Of a stretch of DNA of 32,000 nucleotides, positions 1 through 9,500 are shown piece by piece (position 1 is the first letter of the stretch; each line of letters opens with the position of its first letter). The stretch covers positions 1,140,001 through 1,172,000 of the forward strand of contig NZ_CP007536.1 in the NCBI RefSeq assembly GCF_000698785.1, given 5' to 3'. The stretch comes from Nitrososphaera viennensis EN76. Lineage in GTDB: Archaea > Thermoproteota > Nitrososphaeria > Nitrososphaerales > Nitrososphaeraceae. The notes beneath the pieces were generated by a model that was given only the letters and a program-made list of their open reading frames with translations, was not told the origin of the DNA and did no database searches. The position numbers and the translations under genes are program-made.

Positions 1-587
1 AAGAACGACTCGATCTCTGCCTTTCTCTGCTCTTCCATCGAGCCGGATAATGTCGACTGGTATTTTGCGTAGGCCGTGTCTACGAGGCCGGCCGCGCTCT
101 GGTAGTCTTGCTGCCTGTAAGACTGCACGGCGTCGCGCAAGAGAAACGCCGCCACCTGCGACACCGCGTCCTTGTCCGACGCCTTGCCCGTCTTTGCGCC
201 AAGCGAGTCAAGCAGGGCGTATATCTGCGGCGATGCCTGCCCCTTTGCCTGCTCTGCAGAGAGCGTGCCGTCCTTTATCTGAAAGGCATAGTCGGTCAGC
301 GCGGATTCCAGTTGCCCAGTAGAGCCGGCGTCAAGCGCGCCCAATTGCCCTTTGACTGACGGAAATATGGTCGTATGAGAGATAAATGCGTGTGAAAACG
401 CGCTGTCCCTGTCGCCGGCCTGAAGCATGTTTTCTGCAAGCTGGACCTGTGTCCTGATGCGCTCCAGGTTTACAAGAACTACAATTGCGTCGGAATCGCT
501 GGCCTGTGCAAAGGCAACAGCAGGCAGCATGGCGGCAACTATTAGAAGAACGAGTAATGCAGGGATAACGATGTTCCTGGTTTCCAT
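1..587 (-). CDS. Secreted or membrane-anchored helical protein of unknown function; only the N-terminal 195 codons are present (the 3' end lies left of the window)
   Basis: Absent from the ORF track because it has no stop in the window. My translation of the minus strand from ATG 587 reads METRNIVIPALLVLLIVAAMLPAVAFAQASDSD...AKYQSTLSGSMEEQRKAEIESF and stays open to position 1. It has an N-terminal hydrophobic signal/anchor with an AFA-Q cleavage-like site. Its composition is protein-like, unlike the overlapping Arg/Cys/Pro-rich track ORFs (50..322, 108..359, 331..603). Confidence 0.6.
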   Translation of the reverse strand, partial: METRNIVIPALLVLLIVAAMLPAVAFAQASDSDAIVVLVNLERIRTQVQLAENMLQAGDRDSAFSHAFISHTTIFPSVKGQLGALDAGSTGQLESALTDYAFQIKDGTLSAEQAKGQASPQIYALLDSLGAKTGKASDKDAVSQVAAFLLRDAVQSYRQQDYQSAAGLVDTAYAKYQSTLSGSMEEQRKAEIESF

Positions 588-628
588 TATTATCAACCAC
601 CAACTGTCACGCGCGTCAGCAACAACAC

Positions 629-646
629 AATTAGGCTTACCTAATT
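629..646. promoter_or_regulatory. Perfect inverted repeat AATTAGG-N4-CCTAATT, a candidate operator
   Basis: aattagg (629-635) and cctaatt (640-646) are exact reverse complements. The repeat lies just downstream of the TATA box at 655-662 on the minus strand and covers the expected transcription start of the 1..587 gene. Confidence 0.35.
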
Positions 647-654
647 CGTGACTA

Positions 655-662
655 TATTTAAA
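655..662 (-). promoter_or_regulatory. Archaeal TATA box (TTTAAATA on the minus strand) for the 1..587 gene
   Basis: The minus strand reads ggTTTAAATAtag, matching the archaeal TTTAWATA consensus. It lies about 70 nt upstream of ATG 587. Confidence 0.4.
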
Positions 663-688
663 CCATCTTTGTGAGAAAGGGGAGAAAG

Positions 689-738
689 AAAAAGAGAAGA
701 GAAGATAGATAGTTGTGATGGCTTAACGTGAAGCCATC
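689..738 (-). terminator. Hairpin across the rps7 stop codon followed by a pyrimidine/T5 tract
   Basis: gatggctt (717-724) and aagccatc (731-738) form a perfect 8-bp stem that encloses the TAA stop. On the minus strand this is followed by ...ctatcttctcttctcTTTTTctttctcccc, with T5 at 693-689. Oligo-T tracts are archaeal termination signals. Confidence 0.35.
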
Positions 739-1328
739 GCGATTCTTTCTTGCTCGTTCTTTTTCTTGACGGCGTGGCTGGCCATGTCGTTGTTTGAGGC
801 CAGGATTATCTCCTTTGCCAGCGCTTCTTCAATCGTCTGCGGGTTGCCGTATGTGGATTCCCTCACGCCTTCTGCGATGAAGCGGAGCGCAAGGTCGACC
901 CTGCGCAGCGGGGCGACGTCCACCGACACATGGTAGACTACACCACCGTACACGATGCGGGTCGTGTCCTCGTTTGGGGACGAGTTTTCAATAGCGCGAA
1001 CGAGAAGTTCCACGGGGTTCTTGCCTGTTTCTAGGTGGATGATGTCAAAGGCCGTGCGTACCATGTTGAGGGCGCGCGCCTTCTTGCCTCCCATCCTGCC
1101 CGTGTTCTTGGCGTATTTCTTGCCGAAATGCATCATCTTGTTTGCGAGCCTCTCGACAATGTTGACGTCTGCCTTTTTCAGGCGCTGGCGCTCGTGCCTT
1201 CCAAAGGTGTTCGGGAGGACTGCCGGCTTTAACGAGATTGCCGTCTTTAGGCCGGGGTCGTTTATCTCGATCTCCTTGGTCTCCCACTTGTTGAAAAGCG
1301 TGATAGTTACCTGCTCTTTTCCGCTCAT
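723..1328 (-). CDS. rps7: 30S ribosomal protein S7 (uS7)
   Basis: The track ORF 723..1556 carries an Arg/Gly-rich N-terminal extension that overlaps rps12. The real protein starts at the internal ATG 1328 ([16 protein letters not shown]...), giving 201 aa. It overlaps the rps12 stop by 4 nt and sits in the conserved S12-S7 order. Confidence 0.93.
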   Translation of the reverse strand: MSGKEQVTITLFNKWETKEIEINDPGLKTAISLKPAVLPNTFGRHERQRLKKADVNIVERLANKMMHFGKKYAKNTGRMGGKKARALNMVRTAFDIIHLETGKNPVELLVRAIENSSPNEDTTRIVYGGVVYHVSVDVAPLRRVDLALRFIAEGVRESTYGNPQTIEEALAKEIILASNNDMASHAVKKKNEQERIAMASR

Positions 1329-1762
1329 CTTCTCGGCTTCTCCTTTCTTCCGTATACGAGCTCTTTGAGCGAGACGCCGTTTACCTTGAACACCTGCCAC
1401 CTGACACCAGGGATGTCGCCCATTGCGCCACCCATGGAGCCTCCGATGCCCTCGACCATGACCTCGTCGTGCTCGTCGACAAAGTTGAGAGCGCCGTCCC
1501 TCGGGAGGAAGGCGGTGACGGACTTGCCGTTCTTTATCAGCTGCACCCTGACGCACTTGCGCACGGCAGAGTTTGGCTGCTTCGACTCGATGCCTACTTT
1601 TTCCAGCACAATGCCTCTTGCCTGGGGCGCGCCCTCTAGAGGGTTTGCCTTCTTGTCAAGCATAAGCATACGTCTCTTGTAATACTTGTCTGCCCACCTG
1701 CCGCGGCTCTTCTTCGTCTTGAGCACGCCGCCGGCAAACAATCCTAGTGGAGATTTACCCAT
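1325..1762 (-). CDS. rps12: 30S ribosomal protein S12 (uS12)
   Basis: 145 aa. It has the [20 protein letters not shown] core typical of S12, and its position between nusA and rps7 is canonical in archaea. Confidence 0.95.
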   Translation of the reverse strand: MGKSPLGLFAGGVLKTKKSRGRWADKYYKRRMLMLDKKANPLEGAPQARGIVLEKVGIESKQPNSAVRKCVRVQLIKNGKSVTAFLPRDGALNFVDEHDEVMVEGIGGSMGGAMGDIPGVRWQVFKVNGVSLKELVYGRKEKPRR

Positions 1763-2234
1763 TATTCATATTCACCCTGTTTGCTATCTGCTGTTCCGGG
1801 CTTACGATCAGGACACTGGATATATGGAAGTATCGCTTTGCCAGGAGCCTTGCCTTCTCGGCATTCCTTCCTTCCCTGCCCACGACGGCGCCCTTTTTCT
1901 TGGCGTCGACCGTGACCACGGCCTGCTTGCTTCCGTCCATCCTCTCTGATATGCGCACGTCCGATACCATGTCGGCGTTGAGCATGTTGCGGATGAACTC
2001 GGCGGGGTCTTCCGAGAACTCGACGAGCTCGACCTTGCGGCCCACGACCTGCTGCAGCTGCTTTATGGTGGCGCCCCCTTTGCCGATAGCAAGGCCCATC
2101 TGGCCCTTGTTCACGACAAAAATGACGCGGTCCATCTTGTCGTCAACTATGCAGTCGCGCGCCGACGCGCTCGTCACGCTTCCAAAGAGCGATATCAAGC
2201 GCAGCTCGTCAGAGGTCAGCTTTATTTCCGTCAT
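1755..2234 (-). CDS. nusA: Archaeal NusA-like transcription factor (two KH domains)
   Basis: 159 aa with two KH GXXG loops ([11 protein letters not shown] and [11 protein letters not shown]). It sits in the conserved rpoA-rpl30e-nusA-rps12 order and overlaps the rps12 start by 8 nt. Confidence 0.9.
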   Translation of the reverse strand: MTEIKLTSDELRLISLFGSVTSASARDCIVDDKMDRVIFVVNKGQMGLAIGKGGATIKQLQQVVGRKVELVEFSEDPAEFIRNMLNADMVSDVRISERMDGSKQAVVTVDAKKKGAVVGREGRNAEKARLLAKRYFHISSVLIVSPEQQIANRVNMNNG

Positions 2235-2377
2235 ATTCAGTTTGCCCCTCTAGCGTAGAGCCTTCTTCTTCCTTCATCAGCAGACGACAAATACAATTTG
2301 AGCACTGTCCCGAAGTTCAATTTAAGTCTTGGCGCCTCGATAGAACAAAAGTGGTGGTGGTGGAAAAGAAAAGAGGG

Positions 2378-2683
2378 TCACTTGGCCTGTTCAGCCATCA
2401 CGGCCTTGACCTCGGCGTCGGTCGCGCCCTTGATGGCAATCGCAGTTATGCGGAAGGGCTTGTTGCAAAGCTTGCCCAGCTGCACCGAATTGCCGTCAAA
2501 CTCGTAGACGGCAACTCCGGCAGACTTGGCCTGCTCGTCAAGTTTTGCCCTGTCTCCTGCGTCAAGCGACTTTGAAACGATCACCAGTTTTGAGCTCTTG
2601 GCCGACTGGAGGACTTCCTTCACTCCGCTCTTGTACTTGCTGGCCGCTACCGCGTCCTTGATCACTTTTTCTATTGTCTTCAT
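2378..2683 (-). CDS. rpl30e: 50S ribosomal protein L30e (eL30)
   Basis: 101 aa. It resembles L30e/L7Ae-fold proteins (KSGVKEVLQSAKSSKLVIVS...GKLCNKPFRITAIAI). It overlaps the rpoA stop by ATGA, and its synteny is canonical. Confidence 0.88.
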   Translation of the reverse strand: MKTIEKVIKDAVAASKYKSGVKEVLQSAKSSKLVIVSKSLDAGDRAKLDEQAKSAGVAVYEFDGNSVQLGKLCNKPFRITAIAIKGATDAEVKAVMAEQAK

Positions 2684-5600
2684 TCTTCTTCTTTACCTTC
2701 CTTGACCTTCATGTAGAGGTCAACCATTCCGGTGCCGACTGGTACCGTGGCACCTACTATAACGTTTTCTGTCACGCCCCGCAGGGTCTCCACCTGTCCT
2801 TCAAGCGAGGCCCTTGCTATGGTAGGGACCGTAATTTCAAACGCCGCCCTTGCGAGCACCGACGTCTTTGTACCTGCGATGCCGTGCCTGCCTATCTGCT
2901 GGAGGTAGCCCTTTGAAGTCATCAGGTCGGCCACCAGCATGATGTGGCGCACGTCGACCTCGAGGCCCTGCTCTTCAAGCGTGTTCGTGACCTCCTTTAC
3001 AAGCGCCGTCCTTGCTGCCTCGATGCCAAGCGTCTGCCAGATCTCGTAGACGTTGTTGGTGGCAATCCTCGAAGTGTCCACGCCGTCGACCAGCACGACC
3101 TTGGCAAGGTTGGAGCCTGCTGTCTGGATGACCCACTCTTCGTCCTGCTTGACTATCGTGACGCGCTCGATGTCCGGCACGCCCTTGACGCGGGTGTTGA
3201 GCAGCTTGTTCTTTAGTGTCAGAAGTGTCTGTGCGTCAGGCTCGTCGGGCACCGTGACCTTGATTGAGCGCTTGCTTTCGCTCATCTTGACATCGTATTT
3301 CTTCTTGGTACCTTCAAGAACTGCATTGGCCTCTTCAAGCGTGCAGCCGCGCTCGGCAAGCTTGGCCTCTGAGAAGTAGAACGTGAGCACGCCGGAATAG
3401 TCTGTTTCCGATTTTTCGATGAGGTCGCCCACCTGCGTAAAGAGGATTTCACGAGCGACTTCAAGCGCCTTTTCGCGCGAGCCGCGGTGCGCCTCGTCGA
3501 GGTAGATGTCCATCGTGGGCGTCACCGGCTTTTTGCGTGCGTCGACGAGCTCGATGAGCCTTGGCAGGCCGAGCGTGACGTTGCGCTCCTTTACTCCTGC
3601 AAAGTGGAACGTCCTGAGGGTCATCTGGGTTCCCGGCTCGCCTATCGACTGCGCGGTGACGACGCCGATTGCTTCTCCCGGCTCGGCAAGCGCCCTGTCG
3701 ACCAGGTCGAGCACCTTCTTCATGACCTTCTCGACGCCTTCCCTGCTTAGCTTGTTCTCAAGAAGCGCCTTTTCCAGGCTGGCGCGCATCCTCGGGTTGA
3801 GGCTGGAGCCCTGCTCTTCGATTATCTTCTTTATCGCTTCCTCGGTAGCCTTGCGGCCCTCGTCGACGATTGCTTCTGCCTCGATGAGCCTGGAGATGTT
3901 GACCGCCTCGCCGTGGTCGCTCTTGGCCGGGTCGATCCCGTCCTCGCCGTACAGGTACTGGACGATGTTTCCGTGCGGGTCCCTCACGGTCTGGTCGTAC
4001 TCGATCTTCAGGTGCTCAAGCGCGTTGATGAGCCTCCTCTGCATGTAGCCGGACTGCTGGGTCCTGACTGCAGTGTCCACAAGGCCCTCGCGTCCGCCCA
4101 TCGCGTGGAAAAAGAACTCCAGCGGGCTCAGGCCGTCGCGGTAGTTGGACTTTACGAATCCTCTTGCGTCCGGGCTGGTCTCGTTTGGAACATAATGCGG
4201 CAGCGCGCGGTTGCGGTAGCCCTTCTGGATGCGCTTGCCACGGATTGACTGCTGGCCAAGCGCTGCCGTCATCTGGCCGATGTTGAGCGTCGAGCCCCTT
4301 GCTCCTGTGGAGGCCATGATTATCCCAGAGTTGTTGTCAGGGAACGCCCTGTCTGCGGTCCTGCCTGCGCGGTCGCGGGCGCGGGACAGCTCGTTGACGA
4401 CGTACAGTTCCAGCGCCTCTTCTGCGGACAGGCCCCTTGTCAGCGGGAGCGAGCCGTCGCGGTACTGCTGTATCAATTCATGGACTTTTTCGTAGGTCTT
4501 TTGGATGGTGTCGGCTATTTCCTGCCTCGTCTCCGGCGACAGCCAGAGGTCAGAGTAGCCGTACGTGAACCCGCGGTGCGTGATGTACGTCTTTAGCATT
4601 ATCAGGATCGAGTCGAGGAACTTGCGCGCGACGTCGGTGCCATAGTCCTTTGCTATCCTGTGCAGGACTGAATCCGGCTCTTCTGCGCCAATCGACGCCT
4701 TGTCGATTACGCCGGAGATGAGCTGTCCGTTCTTTATGACGACGTCCCTGCCCTCGCCCTTGGCGGCCTTGTTCCACTTGCTGGTGATGACAAAGTTAAA
4801 GTCCTTTGGCAGGAACAGCGAGAACAGCTGGCGCCCGCTGTACAGTTTCTGCCCGTCCTTTGTCACCGCCGGCTCTGGGAGTGGTCCCTTGTAGCCTCCG
4901 ACAAGCGCCAGGTTTGCAAACTCGTCGCGGGTGAGCACTGTTTCGTCGCGTGTCAGCATGAAGGCGCCGGTGATAAAGTCGCGGATGCCGCCGATGATCG
5001 GGCCGCCATAGCGCGGAGAGATGAGCTGGTCCTGTACGCGCATCAGCAATGTGGCTTCGGCGCGCGCTTCCTCGCTCTGGGGCACGTGGAGGTTCATCTC
5101 GTCCCCGTCAAAGTCGGCGTTGTAGGGCGGGCAGACTGCAGGGTGCAACCTGAACGTGCGGTACGGGAGCACCACCACCGAGTGCGCCATGATAGACATC
5201 CTGTGGAGCGACGGCTGCCTGTTGAAAATGACAATGTCGCCGTCTGACAGGTGGCGCTCTACGATGTAGCCTGGCGCCAGCGAGTCGGCGATTGTTTTTC
5301 TGTCGGTGACGTAGTCGAGCCTGATCTTGACGCCGTCCGGCCTGATGATATAGTTGGCGCCGGGGTAGGTGTTGGGGCCGTTTGTCACGAGCGCCTTGAG
5401 CTTTTCAAGGTTCCACTGCGACACGGTCTCTGGTATCGTCAGTTTCTTGGCGACGTCAGTCGGCACGCCCACGTTGGATATTGTCAGGTTCGGGTCCGGC
5501 GAAATGACAGTCCTGCTGGAGAAGTCGACGCGCTTGCCGGAAAGCGAGCCACGGAAGCGGCCCTCCTTTCCTTTCAGCCTCTGCGTCAGCGTCTTGAGCG

Positions 5601-6489
5601 GCCTGCCCGACCTGTGGTGGGCCTGCGGGATGCCAGACACCTCGTTGTCAAAGTACGTCGTGACATGGTACTGCAAAAGGTCGACCAGATCCTGCACGAT
5701 GAGCGGCGGCGTGCCGGCCTCCTTGCTCTCCTTGAGGCGCTGGTTGACCCGTATGATGTCGACCAGCTTGTGCGTCAGGTCGTCCTCCGACCTGATGCCT
5801 GTTTCAAGGATGATGGACGGCCTGACAGTCACCGGCGGCACGGGGAGCACCTGCAGCACGAACCACTCGGGCCTTGCGGTTGTCGGGTCGTAGCCGAGCA
5901 ACATCAAATCCTCGTCTGGCACGTGGCTCAGGCGCTCGCGGATGGTGATCGGGAGGAGCCTGTTCTCGCCTGCCTCGGTCCTTTCCACGAATATCGTCGG
6001 CTTTGTGAATATCAGGTCATACTGTTCTTTGCCGCAGTGCGGGCACGACTTGACCTTCTTGGCCTTTTCGATTATCTCGTCGCGGATGTTTTCAAGCGTG
6101 ATTACCGCGTAGGGCGCCTTGCTCTCGCGGATTGCCTTGTAGTGCGCCAGTTCCTCCGGGTCGAGCTTTATCCTGTTGCACGACCTGCATGTCGTGAGCA
6201 ACAGCTTGTGCACGTCGTCTACGAACGCGATGTGCAGCACCGGCTCGGCAAGCTCGATGTGCCCAAAGTGCCCGGGGCACTTGGCAGAGGTGTTGCCGCA
6301 CGTGGCGCACTTTTGCCCCGGCTCTAGCGTCCCAAGCCTGTTGTCCATCAGGCCTCCCTGCACCGGCATCCCGTCTTCGTCGTACGTCTCTGGCGCCGTG
6401 ACCTCTGCGACCGAGAACTTGCGCACCTCGGTCGGCGACCAGACGCTGAACTTGATTCCACCGAGAATCTTGGCTGATTCTTCCATCAT
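2680..6489 (-). CDS. rpoA: DNA-directed RNA polymerase subunit A, unsplit (A' and A'' fused in one 1269-aa ORF)
   Basis: Zn motif CATCGNTSAKCPGHFGHIEL, catalytic NADFDGDEMN, and the trigger-loop region TFHFAGV all lie in one uninterrupted frame. I place the start at ATG 6489 (MMEESAKILGGIKF...). The track ORF's 48-codon upstream extension overlaps the rpoB 3' end and is Arg/Gly-rich. Confidence 0.95.
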   Translation of the reverse strand: MMEESAKILGGIKFSVWSPTEVRKFSVAEVTAPETYDEDGMPVQGGLMDNRLGTLEPGQKCATCGNTSAKCPGHFGHIELAEPVLHIAFVDDVHKLLLTTCRSCNRIKLDPEELAHYKAIRESKAPYAVITLENIRDEIIEKAKKVKSCPHCGKEQYDLIFTKPTIFVERTEAGENRLLPITIRERLSHVPDEDLMLLGYDPTTARPEWFVLQVLPVPPVTVRPSIILETGIRSEDDLTHKLVDIIRVNQRLKESKEAGTPPLIVQDLVDLLQYHVTTYFDNEVSGIPQAHHRSGRPLKTLTQRLKGKEGRFRGSLSGKRVDFSSRTVISPDPNLTISNVGVPTDVAKKLTIPETVSQWNLEKLKALVTNGPNTYPGANYIIRPDGVKIRLDYVTDRKTIADSLAPGYIVERHLSDGDIVIFNRQPSLHRMSIMAHSVVVLPYRTFRLHPAVCPPYNADFDGDEMNLHVPQSEEARAEATLLMRVQDQLISPRYGGPIIGGIRDFITGAFMLTRDETVLTRDEFANLALVGGYKGPLPEPAVTKDGQKLYSGRQLFSLFLPKDFNFVITSKWNKAAKGEGRDVVIKNGQLISGVIDKASIGAEEPDSVLHRIAKDYGTDVARKFLDSILIMLKTYITHRGFTYGYSDLWLSPETRQEIADTIQKTYEKVHELIQQYRDGSLPLTRGLSAEEALELYVVNELSRARDRAGRTADRAFPDNNSGIIMASTGARGSTLNIGQMTAALGQQSIRGKRIQKGYRNRALPHYVPNETSPDARGFVKSNYRDGLSPLEFFFHAMGGREGLVDTAVRTQQSGYMQRRLINALEHLKIEYDQTVRDPHGNIVQYLYGEDGIDPAKSDHGEAVNISRLIEAEAIVDEGRKATEEAIKKIIEEQGSSLNPRMRASLEKALLENKLSREGVEKVMKKVLDLVDRALAEPGEAIGVVTAQSIGEPGTQMTLRTFHFAGVKERNVTLGLPRLIELVDARKKPVTPTMDIYLDEAHRGSREKALEVAREILFTQVGDLIEKSETDYSGVLTFYFSEAKLAERGCTLEEANAVLEGTKKKYDVKMSESKRSIKVTVPDEPDAQTLLTLKNKLLNTRVKGVPDIERVTIVKQDEEWVIQTAGSNLAKVVLVDGVDTSRIATNNVYEIWQTLGIEAARTALVKEVTNTLEEQGLEVDVRHIMLVADLMTSKGYLQQIGRHGIAGTKTSVLARAAFEITVPTIARASLEGQVETLRGVTENVIVGATVPVGTGMVDLYMKVKEGKEEE

Positions 6490-6515
6490 TGTTATCTCCT
6501 CTCCCCCTTCTCTCC

Positions 6516-9500
6516 TTACACCTTCTCCTTGGCAAGGAGCCTGGGAGCGACGTTGAGGCTCATCATCTCCTGCAGGAGAAGCTTGAACGCATACGCGATT
6601 ACGACAGACGAGATCTTGGCCTTTTCTCCGCACACGCGGCAGACGTATCTGCGCTGCTTGACGTCATAGTATGCGAGCAGGCCGCACCTTTCGCAGACGT
6701 TGACCTCCGCCTTGTCCGACTCTTCAAGCAAGCGGTCCTTGAGCATCATGGACGCGCCGTACGCGATGAGGCAGTCGCGCTCCATCTCTCCGAACCTGAG
6801 GCCTCCGCCACGCGCGCGGCCCTCTGTAGGCTGCTTGGTCAGCATCTGCACCTGTCCGCGGGCGCGGCTGTGTATCTTGTCTGCGACCATGTGGTGCAGT
6901 TTTTGATAATAGACGACTCCCACATAGACGTCTGCAGGGAAGCGCCTGCCGGTCCTGCCGTCGTACATCACTTCCTTGCCCGTGTACTTGAAGCCGTACT
7001 GCTCCATTGCGCCCTTGATGTCGTCCAGCTTCTCTCCAAGGAACGCCGAGCCGTCCGCTATCTTGCCGCGAAGCGACGCCGCCTTTCCGCCAAGCGACTC
7101 CATGAACATTCCGACGGTCATCCTCGACGGGAATGCGTGAGGGTTGATCATTACGTCGGGCACAAGGCCGTCCTCGGTGTACGGGACATCTTCCTGGTTG
7201 ACCAGCATGCCGACCACACCTTTCTGGCCGTGCCTTGAGGCAAACTTGTCGCCGATTTCAGGGATGCGCATGTCGCGGACTCTGATCTTGTACATCTTGC
7301 CGCCCTCTACCGACTGGGTGATTATGACCGTGTCGACGACCCCGTTTTCAGACGGCCTGACGCCGACTGAAGTGTCGCGCCTGTACGGGCCCTTGACCTC
7401 GAATTCCTTGTATTCCTCCATGAACCTTGGCGGAGAAGTCCTTCCGATCAGAATGTCGCCACCGTTTACCACTGCCTCGTGCATGATTGCGCCGTCTGCC
7501 TCCAGCAGGCGGTACGCCTTTTCGCCCCGGTAGCCCCGGATGTTGGCGTCGGCCTGCGGGAGCTCAAACGTATCCTTCATGCCGCCAGGATACTGCTTTG
7601 CTTCTGCTTCGTAGATCCTGTAAAAGAACGTCCTGCCAAGCCCGCGGTCGACTGAGGACTTGTTGAACACGACTGCGTCCTCGATGTTATAGCCTTCAAA
7701 CGGCAGCACCGCGACGACGCAGTTCTGGCCTGTCGGGCGGTCCTCAAGTCCAAGCAGGTTTATCGCCTTCGTGGAAACAACAGGTATCTGCGGGTACAGC
7801 ATAAAGTGCTGGCGCACGTACGTGCTTGCGTTCATCAGCGGAGTAGAGAACCCAAGCGACTGCTTGGCCATCGCGCTCTCGTACGTGTTTCTCGGCGACT
7901 GGTTGTGCTCGGGGTACGGGATTATGGAAGCGCCGACTCCAAGGATTGCAGAGGGGAATATCTCAAGGTGCGTGTGCTTGCCAGCCTCCACCTTCTTTGG
8001 CTCCATCGCCACGTACGAGTTTTCCTCCTCGTTGGCGTCGACGAGCTCGATGACTCCCATGTAAAGCAGGTCCATCCACGACAGGAACTTCTTGGACACC
8101 TTTTCGATTATCTCCATCGTGACAAGCGGCTTGCCGTCCTTTAGCACGACGAGCGGGCGCATGACCCTGCCGGCGTTGCAGCTGATGTAAAGGCGCTTTG
8201 TCGCGTTCTCGTTCTGCGAGCTGTAGAGGTAGATGCCGACGTGCGGGTGGACCTTGCCCGACCGCCTCATGCCCCTGAGGGTCTCTGCAAGGCCGTCGCC
8301 CTTTTCCACGTAGCCGATGAGCCTGCCGTCGACGAAAACCCTCGTCCCGGCGGCGCGTAGTTTCTCGCTTGCCTCGTCCACGTTCTGGACTCCAAGCTCG
8401 TAGAGCTTTTCCGTGACTTCGGCGGAAAGCACGTTTACAGAGATGATTGCAGAAAGCGCGAGGTTCTTGACCAGCCCGCAGTTGGAGCCTTCAGGGGTCT
8501 CTGCGGGGCAGATCCTGCCAAAGTGCGTCGCGTGCAGGTCGCGTGCCTCAAAGTTCGGCTGGCTCCTCGACAGCGGCGACTGTATCCTGCGCAGGTGGCT
8601 GATGGTGGACATGTAGTTTGTCCTGTCAAGCAGCTGCGTCACCCCGACGCGGCCGCGGCCCCAGTTGCCCGTTGCGATGGCGTTGTTCAGCTTGTCAGAG
8701 ACGATGCCCGGCCTTACGGCGGCTGCGACTGCGTTTATGCCGCGCTTTTGCCCGGAGCGCTCCAGCTGGTATTTCATGTCGCGGATGAGGTTGCGGAACG
8801 CTGTCCTGAACAGGTCTGCAAGCATCTGGCCTGCGAACTTTATCACCTTGTTGCCATAGTGGTCCTTGTCGTCGGCCTCTATCCAGCCAAGTTTCAATTC
8901 GATTAGTTTGCTTGCGGCCTCGCCGAGGAACAGCGCCTTTTCGTGCCTGTTCTCGGGGTTCTTGCCGATGTGCGGGAGGAGCCCCCAGTCAAGCAGGGTC
9001 TCGGCGCGCTTTATCTGGAACTCTTCAAGCATGCCTGGCGCAATCCTCTTTGAAATGTAGACGATTGCGTCGCGGCTTGACGCCACGTCGCCGGCCTTTT
9101 CAAACGAAGGTTCTAGCTCGTCCTGTATCAGCTCGCTGAGCGAGACAGAGTCGGCAATGTCCTTGTCTGCCTCCAAACCAAGTGCGCGGATGAGCGTGAT
9201 GAGCGGTATGTCTACTGGCGAGCCCGGTATCTTGGTCACGATCGAGCCGTCTGGGCGCATGATGAGCTCCAGTTTTGCCCTGTATCCGACTATGGATGAG
9301 TAGACCTTGGCCTTGTACAGGAGCGTGCCTGTCGTTTCCTCGGTGTCGACAATTATCTTGTTGTACGACAGGTCTTCAAGTCCCACGATGACGCGCTCTG
9401 AGCCATTGATGACAAAGTATCCGCCGGGGTCACGGGGGTCCTCGCCGTACTCGACCAGCTTGACCTCCGGCAGGTTGTGCAGGATGCACGTGTTGGACTT

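Noticed and set aside
5251-6327. 358-aa plus-strand ORF (and other 100-250-aa ORFs such as 3506..4048, 5369..5893 and 6489..7238) lying antisense to rpoA/rpoB
   Set aside because: They are Arg/Val/Leu/His-rich low-complexity translations, which is what the antisense frame of a high-GC gene typically yields. They lie entirely inside strongly supported RNAP genes, and I recognise no motifs in them.
6490-6633. N-terminal extensions in track ORFs: rpoA to 6633, rps7 to 1556, bud32 to 15758, ychF to 18211
   Set aside because: The extensions overlap upstream genes or promoters and are Arg/Gly-rich. They precede the conserved family N-termini (MMEESAKILGGIKF, MSGKEQV, QQLLKKGAEA, MIIGLIGKANVGKST). 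Internal starts give canonical lengths.
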